Source: Callorhinchus milii (lineage: Eukaryota). From it: a stretch of DNA of 64,000 nucleotides. Both the position numbers and the translations under genes were made by a program. The notes beneath the pieces were generated by a model. It was not told the origin of the DNA. It made no database searches and was given only the letters and a program-made list of their open reading frames with translations. The stretch is from positions 57,724,001 through 57,788,000 of the forward strand of contig NW_024704743.1 of NCBI RefSeq assembly GCF_018977255.1, given 5' to 3'. Positions within the stretch are counted from its first letter, which is position 1. Each line of letters starts with the position of its first letter. Positions 41,246-52,985 of the stretch are shown in pieces.

Positions 41246-41379
41246 GTAAGACATTCTTAACCATTGTAATACACAAAAAATCCACTTGTAGTTGGTCTAT
41301 CCTGATCCATACTTGTGCTTTTGCGTTTTATTTTTCCTGACCAGGACTGACTGCCTTCCTCCATCTCTGCCACATCACC

Positions 41380-42150
41380 TGCCTTCATCCCATCTGACTT
41401 CAAATGCTGATGAAATTCTCATTAATGCTATCACCACCTCCTGCCTAGATTTTTCCAATATACTGCTTATCAGTCTCCTCAGCTCCAACATTAAGAAGGT
41501 CCAAATGTTTGAAAACTGTGTCATCCTCATCCGTACCAGGCTCCATACTCCGATCACCCCAGTTCTTGCCAGGCTCCCGGTCACAAAATCGATTGATTTC
41601 AAGATCCTCTCTGACACTTTCAAATCTCTTCATACCCTGGCACCTCCCTAACTCTCCAATCTGCTCAGATCCCACTTCTCTAACTTGATACAGAGAAGCT
41701 ATTTCCTCTGGTGGAAGAATCAAAAACAAGGGGGCATAGTCTTAAAATTAGAACCAAACCATTTAAGAGTGAAATCAGGAAGCATTTTTTTACTCAAAGG
41801 GTGATAGAAATCTGGAATGTTCTCCCCAAAAGGCCATGGATGCTGGATCCATCCACACCTTCAAGAGTGAGGTTGATAGATTTTTGTAGATCAGGCTATC
41901 AGGGGATATGAGGAGAAAGTCGGAAATTGGAATTGAAAGGATTAGCTGAGGTACAGATCAGCCATGATCTAATTAAGTAGCGGAACAGGCTCGAAGGGCT
42001 GAATGGCCTCCTCCTGTTCCTACATTCCTATGTTCCTATCCTCTGCTTTTTCCCATTTGGCATGGGTCTGATGCACTTCTTTCATCCTCTCTGCTCTACA
42101 ATTGGTGACTGTGCTTTCAGACACTATGCCCCAAATCTATGGATTTCAAA
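41380..42150 (+). mobile_element. Old L2 ORF2 fragment split by a nested CR1
   Basis: AITTSCLDFSNILL...HTPITPVLARLPV..IDFKILSDTFKSLHTLAPP ends near 41680 and resumes near 42040 (..TIGDCAFRHYAPNLW). Confidence 0.75.
41683..42039 (+). mobile_element. CR1-clade LINE 3' end
   Basis: ESKTRGHSLKIRTKPFKSEIRKHFFTQRVIEIWNVLP; 3' UTR gggctgaatggcctcctcctgttcctacattcctatgttcctat. Confidence 0.9.
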
Positions 42151-44415
42151 CCCTCCTGCACAGGTAGACATGACTTTTTTAATGTCTCATTCATAAGGTG
42201 ACATCTCCAACACTGTAGCTCACCCCACTACTGCATTGGAATGTCATCTTAAACTATATGGGTCCTAATGTGGGGCTTGAACTCACAACCTTCTAATTCA
42301 GAGGAAAGAAAGCTACCAACTGAGTCAGGCTATCTCTATCTCTCGGATTTACTGAATACTGTAAATACTATAAAGACTTGTTTTTCTGACTGGCAAGAAA
42401 AGCAGTGTTAGTGTGTATATGGAGAGTTTGTAAGGTGGTAATGTCATACATGTGCATAACAGTACTTTTGCTGGTATCTCACCATCCTGCGTCCAACTTC
42501 CATTGGGAGACCTGTGCGGTTAACCAGGGTTGTGTTTAATTGGTGTGAGAATCAGTAGAATTCTACTGTATATCCAACATCTTTGGGAAAGTTAAATGCA
42601 ATGAGAGCATAGGCTTCTGTTGATTTAACATATTCAAAGCTGTACAAGTGTCCAAGTGATATTTAACAAGAATCTTGACATTAAAATGACAGTTTATACA
42701 TGTTTTACTACATATTTATACTGTTATTATCAGGAAATTAAGCACTTGTTGCTACTTAAATTAAAATGTCAATCTTTTTAACTTTGGACAGAATGTGTTA
42801 CAACATCAGAAATGGCAGGAGTTGTGGGGTACATATTAATGATGCATGTTACTGAGCTGAACCTGATATTGTAATAATATGTAATAATGAATAGAGGAAA
42901 AATACAGGGAAATAAAATTAACTTCAGTGGGTCAGCCAACTCCAGCACCATTGCTTTAGTCTGTCTGAATGGTGGGGCTGATGTTTGTTGACTGATTGTC
43001 ACATGAAGCATTAATTGAGGTTTGTTGATTTCTTCCATTCTTGGCATGCAGGAAAACACGCTGAACAGTCATAAAATCAGCAAGAAATTCACTTCCAGAA
43101 CATGAATAGCAAAGCCTTTTTCTTCCTGAATTGAAAACAATTCTTTATTAACCCCTGTTATTTGTTTAACTGTATAAATACCCTTTCACAAATGCTTCTT
43201 TCTGGGCAAGAGGGACCAGTAACTGCAACTTGTTAATTCTCGTGTTGACTAGTAGAAAGGGGTATTGCAACAATACAATTTACATTGCATCTTGCACTTT
43301 GGGAGGATGTCTCAAAGTGTTTCACAGTGCTGGAGTGCAACCATGCTAGAGGTGGGAGGCAATGGGGTGGGAAGGGGAAAGATGACTGAAAGTTTGGTAA
43401 TCCTCATAGAGATAGGGTGGAGCATACCGTTTGGAGGGATTTGCAGATGATCAGGAGGATCTTGAACTTGATCCACTGGGGGATGGGAAGCCAGTGGAGC
43501 TGAGCGAGGATGGGCTTGCGGAGCCTCGCACATGAGAGGACACAGGCTGCAGAGTTCTGGATAGTACCACATTATGCAACACAACATCTTTACCCTAAAT
43601 GCTCTGTTCCTATGCCCCACACTGCACAATCCATTATAATCTTTCAGTCCAATTCTTAAACAATCAATTTGTTGGTAATCCATATGACATTGTTTCCACT
43701 GCCACTTGTCCCTTTATGCCCATTATTACAGCTGTTGGGCTGTTTTCCTACAATCACCCAATGTCATCCTTTACTTTATTTCACCTCTTAAGCATTTATT
43801 TTCCTTTGGGGCTTTTCTCAAAGGCTTTCCAATCAAACACTACAATTATTGATTCTATCTATCATTTAACCAGGATTATAGGCCCCCAGTGGCCTCAGAA
43901 TAACAAATGTTGACTCACAGCAGCAAATTTGTTTAGTTGTTAAAAGAAATGCACTTCTGTTCTTCAAGGAGTACATACCAGATGTTCAGCCTAGTTCTGG
44001 TTCAGGTTTCCGGGATGCTGCCTCTTCATGAGGGGCACTATATAAATGTAAGTTGTTGTTGGTTTTGAATTGGGCTCATTCATTGCGAGGTAATATTTGG
44101 GGAAGAAAGTGTATTAAGTGGTCATGTTACTGAGATCTTGCCACTGGATAAAGTGTTTGCAATGTAACCTTGTCTCATGCACTTCTGTCTATATATAATA
44201 CACTGGATCGCAAGATTTCAGCTCCAAAGCAATCGCAGGTCAGAGCCAATGTCTTGTAAGTCATTGTGATGCAGAGTTTATTTCCTGCAAAAAACATAGT
44301 TAATGTCACAAAATGCCTTTCCCAGCGACAAAGTAGCAATGACATTATTGCTCATCCAAAGAATACTTTTTCAACTTTGAAGTTTCATTAAGTTTTGCAT
44401 GTCTTGTTGCTGCAG

Positions 44416-44549
44416 GTGTATGAAGTGGTTCCCTGCCACAGTGACTGCAGTCAGTATGTGTGGATAGCAGAACCATGGAGTGTGTGCAAAGTTAGCAATG
44501 TGGACCTGAAAGATAACTGTGGAGAAGGAGTGCAAACTCGGAAAGTCAG
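44416..44549 (+). CDS. THSD7A: THSD7A coding exon (134 nt): VYEVVPCHSDCSQYVWIAEPWSVCKVSNVDLKDNCGEGVQTRKV(R)
   Basis: Acceptor ttgttgctgcag, donor AG|gtatgt; phase 0 to 2. Confidence 0.96.
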
Positions 44550-45261
44550 GTATGTATAAAAGTGGTGTATATTATCCTTTTATTACAGCCTTAAGTGTTA
44601 CAACTGTATGGAAAATTTACAATAAAGGATCCTGGTATTAGAGGAGATACCATGAATTACAAATAGATTGATAACTGGAATTAGACATGAGAAGTATAAT
44701 TAGAGGCTGGGAGACCTGGAAGTGTTAGCATCCTATTGACATATTTAGGACCATTAACTGTTCAGATAAACTGAACCCAAATAATATGTTTTACAAAGTC
44801 AAAAGAAAAGTACAACAAGGTGACTGACTCCAGCTCAGAAGAGACTAGCTGAAGAGGCTATTTCAAAATATTTTACAGTGTCAACATATGGAATAGACAG
44901 CGAGGCAGTGGAGGGAGATTATGTGCTAGCAAACTCGAGAGCGAATTAGAATACAATTTTGCAAAGAAATTGATTGAGAAGTATGAGTGACATATAGTTA
45001 TTTTTTTAAAACTATGTTGGGATCAGTTAAATGGGCTTCAGTGATTTTTTTCTGGGCTGTTACATTCCTTTGTTTAGATATTCATTCAAATTGGGGAAAA
45101 AAAAACCTTACATTTACCAATGACATAGTAGGCATCCTCATAAAATATGTAAAGTAATTTAATGATTCTATCAAATTTTGGATTTTATCTGAACTGAAGG
45201 GCATGATCTTGTTCGATTTAAATGTTAGGTTTGAAAAAAACATAACCTCTTTTTGCATTAG

Positions 45262-45415
45262 ATGCATGCAGAATACAATGGATGGGCCCATTGAACCAGC
45301 AGAAGATTACCTCTGTGACCCAGAAGAGATGCCACTTGGTTCTAGACAATGCAAGCTGCCATGTCCTGATGACTGCGTCATGTCTGAGTGGACTTCCTGG
45401 TCCAAATGTCCTCTA
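45262..45415 (+). CDS. THSD7A: THSD7A coding exon (154 nt): CMQNTMDGPIEPAEDYLCDPEEMPLGSRQCKLPCPDDCVMSEWTSWSKCPL
   Basis: Acceptor ttttgcattag, donor CTA|gtaaga; phase 2 to 0. Confidence 0.96.
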
Positions 45416-45786
45416 GTAAGATGGCAGTAATTCTTCTCAGTGAACGTTACACAACATCCATTCTTCACTTACATGATTCTGCAATTCTGAGAATTTCTTG
45501 AAGCACTTTAAGCATTATTTTCCAGCAATATGTTTCTTCGTGAAAACTATTTGGATGAAATGAATTGCAGTTAGAACAAAAAGACATGTGTAATACTGTT
45601 GGTAAAGCCATTGAAACAGAGGACAATTGTATTTCTTAGTATATTATGTTGTTGTATTAGGTGCGGCTTTAATTGTTTGCTTGTGTGGTACAAATACCTT
45701 GTTGAATGAATGCAAAAGGAAAAGGACATCCTGTATGAACAGATATTGTCTGTATTCTTTTAACATGTGCTTTCCCTTCCGTTCAG

Positions 45787-45928
45787 CCCTGCAATAGCAG
45801 TTCTGTTAGAGAGCGATCAGCGGTCCCTGTACGTCAGCCTGGGGAAGGAAAACCCTGCCCATCGGAAAAAAACACTGAGACCTGCAGTCTGAACAAGAAC
45901 TGCTTTCACTATATCTACAATGTTACAG
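45787..45928 (+). CDS. THSD7A: THSD7A coding exon (142 nt): PCNSSSVRERSAVPVRQPGEGKPCPSEKNTETCSLNKNCFHYIYNVT(D)
   Basis: Acceptor cccttccgttcag, donor G|gtaact; phase 0 to 1. Confidence 0.94.
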
Positions 45929-46528
45929 GTAACTATGGGTTCTGCTCAATGTTATAGAAACACACTTTAATAGTAATGTTTTCAACTAAAAAAGAGGGCA
46001 TTTGGGTTTTTTCACAAACATTACCAGGGTGCCAAGCCAGGACTGTCAAGTGCCTTGGGATGTCTTCCCAATGTGAAGGGCGCTATATAAATGTAAATTT
46101 GTATTGTATTATGAAAGCACCAATTTAAAAAAATCTGCCTTTTCAAGTCAAAATGATTCAAATGTTTCATAGCTAATTACTGTTTTTNGTAGACAAAAGG
46201 TGTAACCATTTTCACAAGCAAGGTCCCTCAAACAGCTATGAGATGACAACTAATCAATCTAGAGTTGGCCAGGATACAGAGAAACTCAATTCACTTTTTG
46301 AATAGTGTTGTGGGATTTTATAACATCCAGCAGAAAACTCAGATGTTTAAAGTTTCATCCAAAAGACAACACCTCTGACAATGCAAGAATCCCTTGTACT
46401 CCTTTGAAAGATCAATTTGTTATAAACACCTTGTGTTTCAAACCACTCAGACTAAATGGCAACTGTCTCAGTATCAGAGTGTGTATAATTGCTTGCTGTG
46501 TGAATTCTGATTATCTTCCATATAACAG

Positions 46529-46644
46529 ACTGGAGCACCTGTCAGCTGAGTGACAAGGCAGTGTGTGGCAGCGGCATTAAAACACGAATGCTGGACTGTG
46601 TCCGCAGCGACGGAAAGTCAGTTGACCTCAAGTACTGCAAAGAG
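46529..46644 (+). CDS. THSD7A: THSD7A coding exon (116 nt): WSTCQLSDKAVCGSGIKTRMLDCVRSDGKSVDLKYCKE
   Basis: Acceptor catataacag, donor GAG|gtatgt; phase 1 to 0. Confidence 0.96.
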
Positions 46645-47117
46645 GTATGTCAAGGGAGGAGGCTGCAAAGCAGTCAGCTCGTTCAGCTAATGTAAGGCAG
46701 CACCATACTGCATCACCTTATCTAACATGGAATGCTTTCCCCCAATTCATTCATTAACAATGAAACCAGGCAAGTTCCTGTCAATCTGGTGTGACTTTTA
46801 GTTGGTATTTGTAAGAACTTTTCACATTGTTACATCTTAGTGGAAATGTCTGGTACGATAAGGAAGTTAGCTTGCTATTGGTACTTAATATCAATAAAAG
46901 AAGTCCTTAGCTTTCCAGTTTGCTGACAACAATCTTACATTTTTGTTCCGTACCAAAGGCTGAGGTTACTAATCATTTGAAAAGTTAAGTGAACGGTAAA
47001 TGAATAAAGGATGATTTATTTTGGTCATCTGGCTGTGAACCAGCCAGCTAAAATTCCCATTGAAAGACTGCTTGGCAAGCTTCCTGCTGCTTGTCGAGCT
47101 AGGACTACCTTGCCCAT

Positions 47118-47440
47118 TCACAGGATATACTGTAAAGTGGAGTGACTTTGTGTTTTGTGGCTGAAAGTGGCAGCCAATTTCCACACAGCCAAATAACACA
47201 GCAATGAAATGAACAACCAAGTTTATTTGGGCCATGAAACACCCTTCTCTTTTCGGACAGTGCTAATTGTGTGATCTTTAAAATCCATCTGAATGGACAG
47301 ACAGAACCTTGGTTTAATGTTTCATTCAAATGATGACACCACTAACATTGTAGCACACTCCCAGAACTGCATTGATTAGACTGTTTGAGCTCCAAATCCT
47401 AATTTAGTGCTTTGAACCCACAACCTTCTGACTCAGGCGA
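47118..47440 (-). mobile_element. Deu-domain SINE remnant
   Basis: tgtaaagtggagtgact...ggcagccaattt...ggtttaatgtttcattc...tgaacccacaaccttctgactcag. Confidence 0.65.
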
Positions 47441-48679
47441 AATGGAAACATGAAGGGATGGTGGGTCTCTTGAACCATGCTTGTACACTCCTCTGAGAAG
47501 CACAGGATCAAAGGCAGTGTTGGGAGTAGTTTTGGAATATAACCATTTTACTGCAATCCATGACTGGAGAATCCAATAAATGTGATTATTGATGAAACTT
47601 GTAAAATTTATGATAGGGGAGTGATTCCACACTATTATAGGTACCACAATAACAATCCTGTTTACTGTCTGTGCGCTGCTCACAACAGTAATAGGATTGT
47701 CCATCAGCTGCTGCCTGGAAACCAGTTCAGGAGAATTTGCAATAATGTATGGTTCCATTTAGGAACTGCTAACGAAGACCAAAAAAACTGCCCAGAGATT
47801 GACTCTGAGTGAAAATTGTTTATATTGCAACAGAGCCTCCAATGTAATGCATTTAAATGTAATATTCATAGTCATGAAATGAATAACAAATTCTGATCTT
47901 GTTAAATTGTCAGATATGATCCACAATATTCATGTAATCCCCAGAAGTTCATTCTTCAAGGGATGTAGTAACATCCTTGCAACATAACAGAAATGAGCAG
48001 GACAAGCTTTTAGTGTGTTTTGAGGATATTGCGGATTGATAAATGCTACACGGTTTGGTGCATTTTCCTAATCCAATTTTCAGATACTTTGGCCCTGCAG
48101 AATGTCATATTTCCAGATGTTATACAACTAGATAAAAACGTGTTTTATTTTGAAATCTGGGATGGGCATTTGATCTTTGAAGGATTAATATTATCACCGA
48201 GACTAATGTAGATTTGTTAAATGGGGTGAACAATGCTTCTACTACCTTTCTGTCCAGAGAAGGTTGGTGATGCATAAATCTGAGAATAGATGGTATTCCT
48301 GGCCTGCCATCTCCTGGCCTTATATAGAATGACACACATACATACCGTTTGTTTTAGAACAAACACACTATCTGAGACGACAGCTGAACAAAAAGACTTG
48401 CTTTAAAATTTTCTTTAAATTCCAATTCAAATATTTTTGACAACAGTTAAATAGCAATTGTTTTGTTAATGTATTGATCTAAGAGTGAACAACGCACCAA
48501 GACAATATTTTATGGGAATAGCGCTGCATTTCTGCAAGTTATTGTTCTTGAACTTTCTTCCAATTTTGGTTGTTTTTGCATCATTCGCAAGTACCCCCAT
48601 TTATATTTCTAACGAACAATTTGAAATACTTTCCAGCAGCAAACTGTTCAGGAGAGAAAGCTGGGTTTTGCTCCAGGAT

Positions 48680-49010
48680 CTACAATTGTAGTCGCTGGGC
48701 AAAGAAAACTTTTAAATGGGATTGAGAAACTAAACCCAGAACAATACTTTCAAATACACCAAGATAGCAGAACAAGAGGACAGAACACAGTTCAGGGTTG
48801 GAAAGGGCATTTTCAGGACAGACCCTAGGAAGTATAATTAATAATTGGAATGGATTACCCTTACTGACTGGAATGTGAGGTTGAGGTCACAACGCTGGAC
48901 TCATTTAAAAAATTGATTGAATTATCATGCATGGATGGTAGGATGAGTATTCTGGAAGGATGAGATCAAATAGATGAATGGCCTGGCCTTTTTCATCCAA
49001 ATCAGTCTTG
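48680..49010 (+). mobile_element. Degenerate CR1 3' fragment
   Basis: agaacaagagga...aattggaatggattacc...gactcatttaaaa...ggatgagatcaaatagatgaatggcc; similar to 29260-29650. Confidence 0.55.
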
Positions 49011-49850
49011 CGAATTAAGGTTTCTTGTGACAAGTTGTTTTTTTACCAACATTGAAAATGGTTCCTGAAAAGCTACCGAACAATCCATTGGGAGATCAAT
49101 CACAACAACGTTAGCTTATTTGGCACCTTTCACATAGGATAAATCTTAAGGTGAAAGTGAGTAACACATGGGATCAGAACTTAAACTTAAAAAAAGAAAT
49201 AATATATTTTTAAAAACATTTTTAAAAATGTGGGGCTTATAGCTAGACTTATAAATTAGTGGGTTTTCATACCTGTTCAATGCAATGAGGGTATTTACAT
49301 TGTGTAGTACCTCTCTTTGGATATAATTGTCACACTGTTGACACCAGTTTCCTATTTAACACTAAATGAAAATTATGGGGCAGAATTCCCCCTTGAGTTC
49401 CAAGAATGGTTTCTCCAACCTCTTTGTTTATCTGCCTGGTCAGTACCATTTTGGTTAAAGGTAGGATACAACAACAACTTACATTTATATCTTCAAGCTG
49501 TTAAGGTGAAAGTGAATAACATAAGGAATCAGAACTTGAAATGAGAAGAAAGAATATTGTTTTAAAAAATAAGAAAATAAAATGTAAGGCTTATAACCAT
49601 ACTTATAAATGGTTAAAATTAAGTAGCAACACTTCAATTTGAAATTCTAGCCACCAAAATGTCTTGTAACTTAAATGTATTTGTGTAATAATTTTTTTTC
49701 AGCTAGTAACTGGTCACAAAACACAGTATCTGTGCTCTTCCCATCCCTGAAATATGGTTTTCCTGGTCATCTAGCTTAGTTCCAAAGCCTTGGATTTGGG
49801 AAATTAGATTGAAAAAGTGCATGTGTTACAAAGATAACTATTGAATTCAC

Positions 49851-50205
49851 GTAGTCTAGGATGTTACTCTAATGCAGTGCTGGGGTGCACTACATTGTTG
49901 GAGGTGCTGTCCTTCGGATGACATGTTAAACCAAGATCCTGTCTGCCTGCCCAGGTGGACGTTAAAGATTCCATGCTGCTATTTGAAAAGAGAAGGGAGT
50001 TTCTCCTGATGTTCTGGCCAACAATTCCCCAAGTAAAATCAATCATTATTGATGGCTGTTTGTGGGACACTGCTGTACACAAATTGGCTGCCACATTCGA
50101 TTACAAATATACAGTCACTACACTGTACAGTAAATTCTGTTAAGTTCTTTGAGACATCCTCCCAACATGAAAGGCGCTGTATCAATTGCAAAGATTATTA
50201 TTATT
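49851..50205 (+). mobile_element. Deu-domain SINE (SacSINE1/AmnSINE-like)
   Basis: ggaggtgctgtccttcggatgacatgttaaacc...caggtggacgttaaagattccatg...ctggccaac...gctgtttgtggga...aaattggctgcc...aaggcgctgtatcaattgcaa matches the recalled Deu-domain consensus plus an L2-like tail. Confidence 0.8.
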
Positions 50206-51607
50206 CACTGAATCAATACAAGGGGTCACAATATTGTGCAACAGAGGGTGAAGTTTCATGTTGTTTTTTCTAACTCTGTGACCCTGAGGTCACCCAGAAT
50301 TCCCATATATTGTACAGTTTCACCATATTATAATGTCATTGATCTACTGAACCACAACTCTACCTCCATCTCCCTCCCTCATGAATCTGGATTCTTTTTA
50401 CCACTATAATAGCAAACAAGCCCTCCTCAAATTTTCCATCCAACTACTTCCTGATCCCAGCATCCTCAGCCCACATTGAAAGATTAATAAGAGAAAGTTT
50501 GCAGGATGCAGATGTTAATAATAGATAAATAGAATCCCTCAAGTTGTTTGCAAGCTTTTAGTTACGTGGTAAGTTTACAATGGTGAAGAGCTGTTGCTTA
50601 ATATTTTATGCTGACTGCTAGCAAAATAACCCTGACAGGTGGAACGTTGTGTGAAGCGTTGGCGCATGATAAATGGGGCAGGCACTTCAATACAAATATG
50701 AATTAATTACCCGTGAGCTAAGCGTAGTTCATGTCGTTTGAAGGAAATGGGAACTCCAAGGTAAGGATTTGGAATGTAAAGTGCTCGTCTTGGGATATGC
50801 ACTTTGTAATTTTTTTCATAAATCTATTCAGAAAAGAAACAGCTTCCAAAGCCCTAAATGTAGACCATTAACTGAGTAAAAAAGTGAAGGGTGCTGTATA
50901 AATGCAAGTTGTTGTAATGAACTGTATTATTTTAAAGCCTCCCAGTCCTTATTTAGAGATGTTAAAATTACGATTGCGCAGAATTGTGGGGAAAAAAATT
51001 CAATGCATTCGTAATTTGATTGTAAGAAAAATAGTTTCCAACTTGACTGAATTTAAGAATATTGCACACTAACATATTAACTAACAGTCACAATAATATG
51101 CAGAATATTTTCAAAATGCATGTCAATGAGGGGTAAGAAACATCTGATTCCTCACAGGTAAAACATATACAAATAGTTTTCTGATCTGTTTCCTTCCCGA
51201 AGAGCACTTGTCTGATTTACGGTCCAATGCTGCTGTCTGTGACTGAGTAAACATGAAATCCAATATGTACAAAATATCTGCAATATGCAATATACAAACA
51301 CAGCAGTAATTCCAGCAAGTCAACAGTGAAAAACTGATTTCACCGTATTCCAGATCAACAAGAGAGAATTTTTTAAAAAGCAACTTTTCATGAAAAATAC
51401 ATTGGCTCCTCAGCATGAGCCATTCATTCCTGACTCTATCTATAAACAGCAGACCTAAAGGTGTACCCGTGTGTGTAACACTCATCTTGCAAGTGCTTAA
51501 GTGTAAAGCACCAATTTGAAAACCTGTGGTGAAGACTGAGGTAAAATGAGGTGTAACGTGCCAATTATTTCTCACCAGCTGATGTTCTTTTTTCTCTCTG
51601 TCGGTAG

Positions 51608-51725
51608 CTGGGTCTCGAGAAATCATGGCAGATGAACATATCCTGTATTGTGGAGTGCCCGGTGAACTGTCAGCTTTCTGTCTGGTCGCCCTGGTCCCAA
51701 TGTTCCCAGACGTGTGGCCTCTCAG
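51608..51725 (+). CDS. THSD7A: THSD7A coding exon (118 nt): LGLEKSWQMNISCIVECPVNCQLSVWSPWSQCSQTCGLS(G)
   Basis: Acceptor ctctgtcggtag, donor G|gtgggt; phase 0 to 1. Confidence 0.96.
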
Positions 51726-52053
51726 GTGGGTCCCAACTACTTTGTAGCCAGCTGAACTTCTGAGAATCTAGCAGCTGCCACTTTGACTTGATGTTTACTT
51801 ATGTTTTTACGTGAAAATTAATAACAAGACATCAATGCATATTAGAAGTCAAAGCAACTTGCTTTTCAGTGTTTACGATATTCCAGTGACATGTTCATTG
51901 ACTTTAGAAATTTGCATCAATTTCCTGCTACCCGATAACAGTGCTCCCAGGAGATGGATGTCACTGATATTATTTTGCTGTTATTATAATAATATATCTA
52001 TAAATATTCATGAGAAAACAAACTGGGCTCGGGTTCTGTACGAATGAAACAGC

Positions 52054-52253
52054 AGCCCATTATAAGCTGCCTGTTAGAACATTAGTTTGCTTATAAGACA
52101 AGTGCCCTGTGGAGCTGCTATTGATTTCCACTTGTAGACCAGCCAGCTTCCTATGTGGCACAAAATGGCTGACTTCTGGGCCAACAGGTCACCACCAACA
52201 CCACTCATCTTATAAGCAAACCAGTGTTCTAAAGAGGTAGCTTATAATGGGCT
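52054..52253. repeat. 200-bp fold-back element with about 51-bp inverted arms (MITE-like)
   Basis: agcccattataagctgcctgttagaacattagtttgcttataagacaagtg versus cactcatcttataagcaaaccagtgttctaaagaggtagcttataatgggct. Confidence 0.8.
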
Positions 52254-52839
52254 TCCGCAATGCTGGACTTGCACACTATAAGCTGTACCCTGACAAGACC
52301 CATAATAAGATGAATTGGAATTTTATGTTATTTATAAAGGTCACTAATAATATTCATAGATCACATGAAACTGTTATATTATACATTGTTCATTGTGTTT
52401 CCTGGTCATTGACCACTCATTCTTCCTCGATAAACATAAAGCAATCTTGTTACAGTCCTTCGGTGGGAATGCCATTGAGTCAACCATACATTACACTGAC
52501 AGCTGGCATAGTGGCTGTTGGCACAAAAATGGATTAAAAATGGGATAAAAACAGCCCATAAACGTTACGGTTTATATTATTAACAAGTGAGGAGTGATTA
52601 CAAGGCAGTGAATAATCCAGGGACTTCAGGTAATTGTTACAAGCTGCTCAAGCTTCACTCTAGTGCAATGAGCTCAGTCTGAAAGGCTTGATCAGAATGC
52701 TGGATTATTGCTCCCAGTGTTTTGCCATTGAGTTAAGGACCAAGTTGTGTTTCACTGAACACTTTATAAAAGCATGAGGGAGGATTGAGATGAGTTTTTA
52801 TAACCAAGTTGTTGTGGAATCTGTGCCTTCTTCATTTAG

Positions 52840-52985
52840 GACAAATTCAACGTACAAGAACCATAATTCAGCCATTCCAGGGGGATGGACGACCGTGTGT
52901 GCTGCAGCTGGAACAATTCAAATCCTGCCCCATCAAACCCTGCTATCGATGGCAGTATGGCAAGTGGGCCAAGTGCAAAATTGAG
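52840..52985 (+). CDS. THSD7A: THSD7A coding exon (146 nt): QIQRTRTIIQPFQGDGRPCVLQLEQFKSCPIKPCYRWQYGKWAKCKIE
   Basis: Acceptor ttcatttag, donor GAG|gtactc; phase 1 to 0. Confidence 0.95.

Noticed and set aside
41310..41352. Acceptor-like site (ttttatttttcctgaccag|GACTGA) downstream of the microexon that could give a truncated, secreted isoform
   Set aside because: There is no supporting polyadenylation signal or other evidence, and such pseudo-acceptors are common.
51123..51626. 167-aa antisense ORF touching a THSD7A exon
   Set aside because: It has no domain signal and a composition typical of AT-rich intron, so it is most likely a chance ORF.
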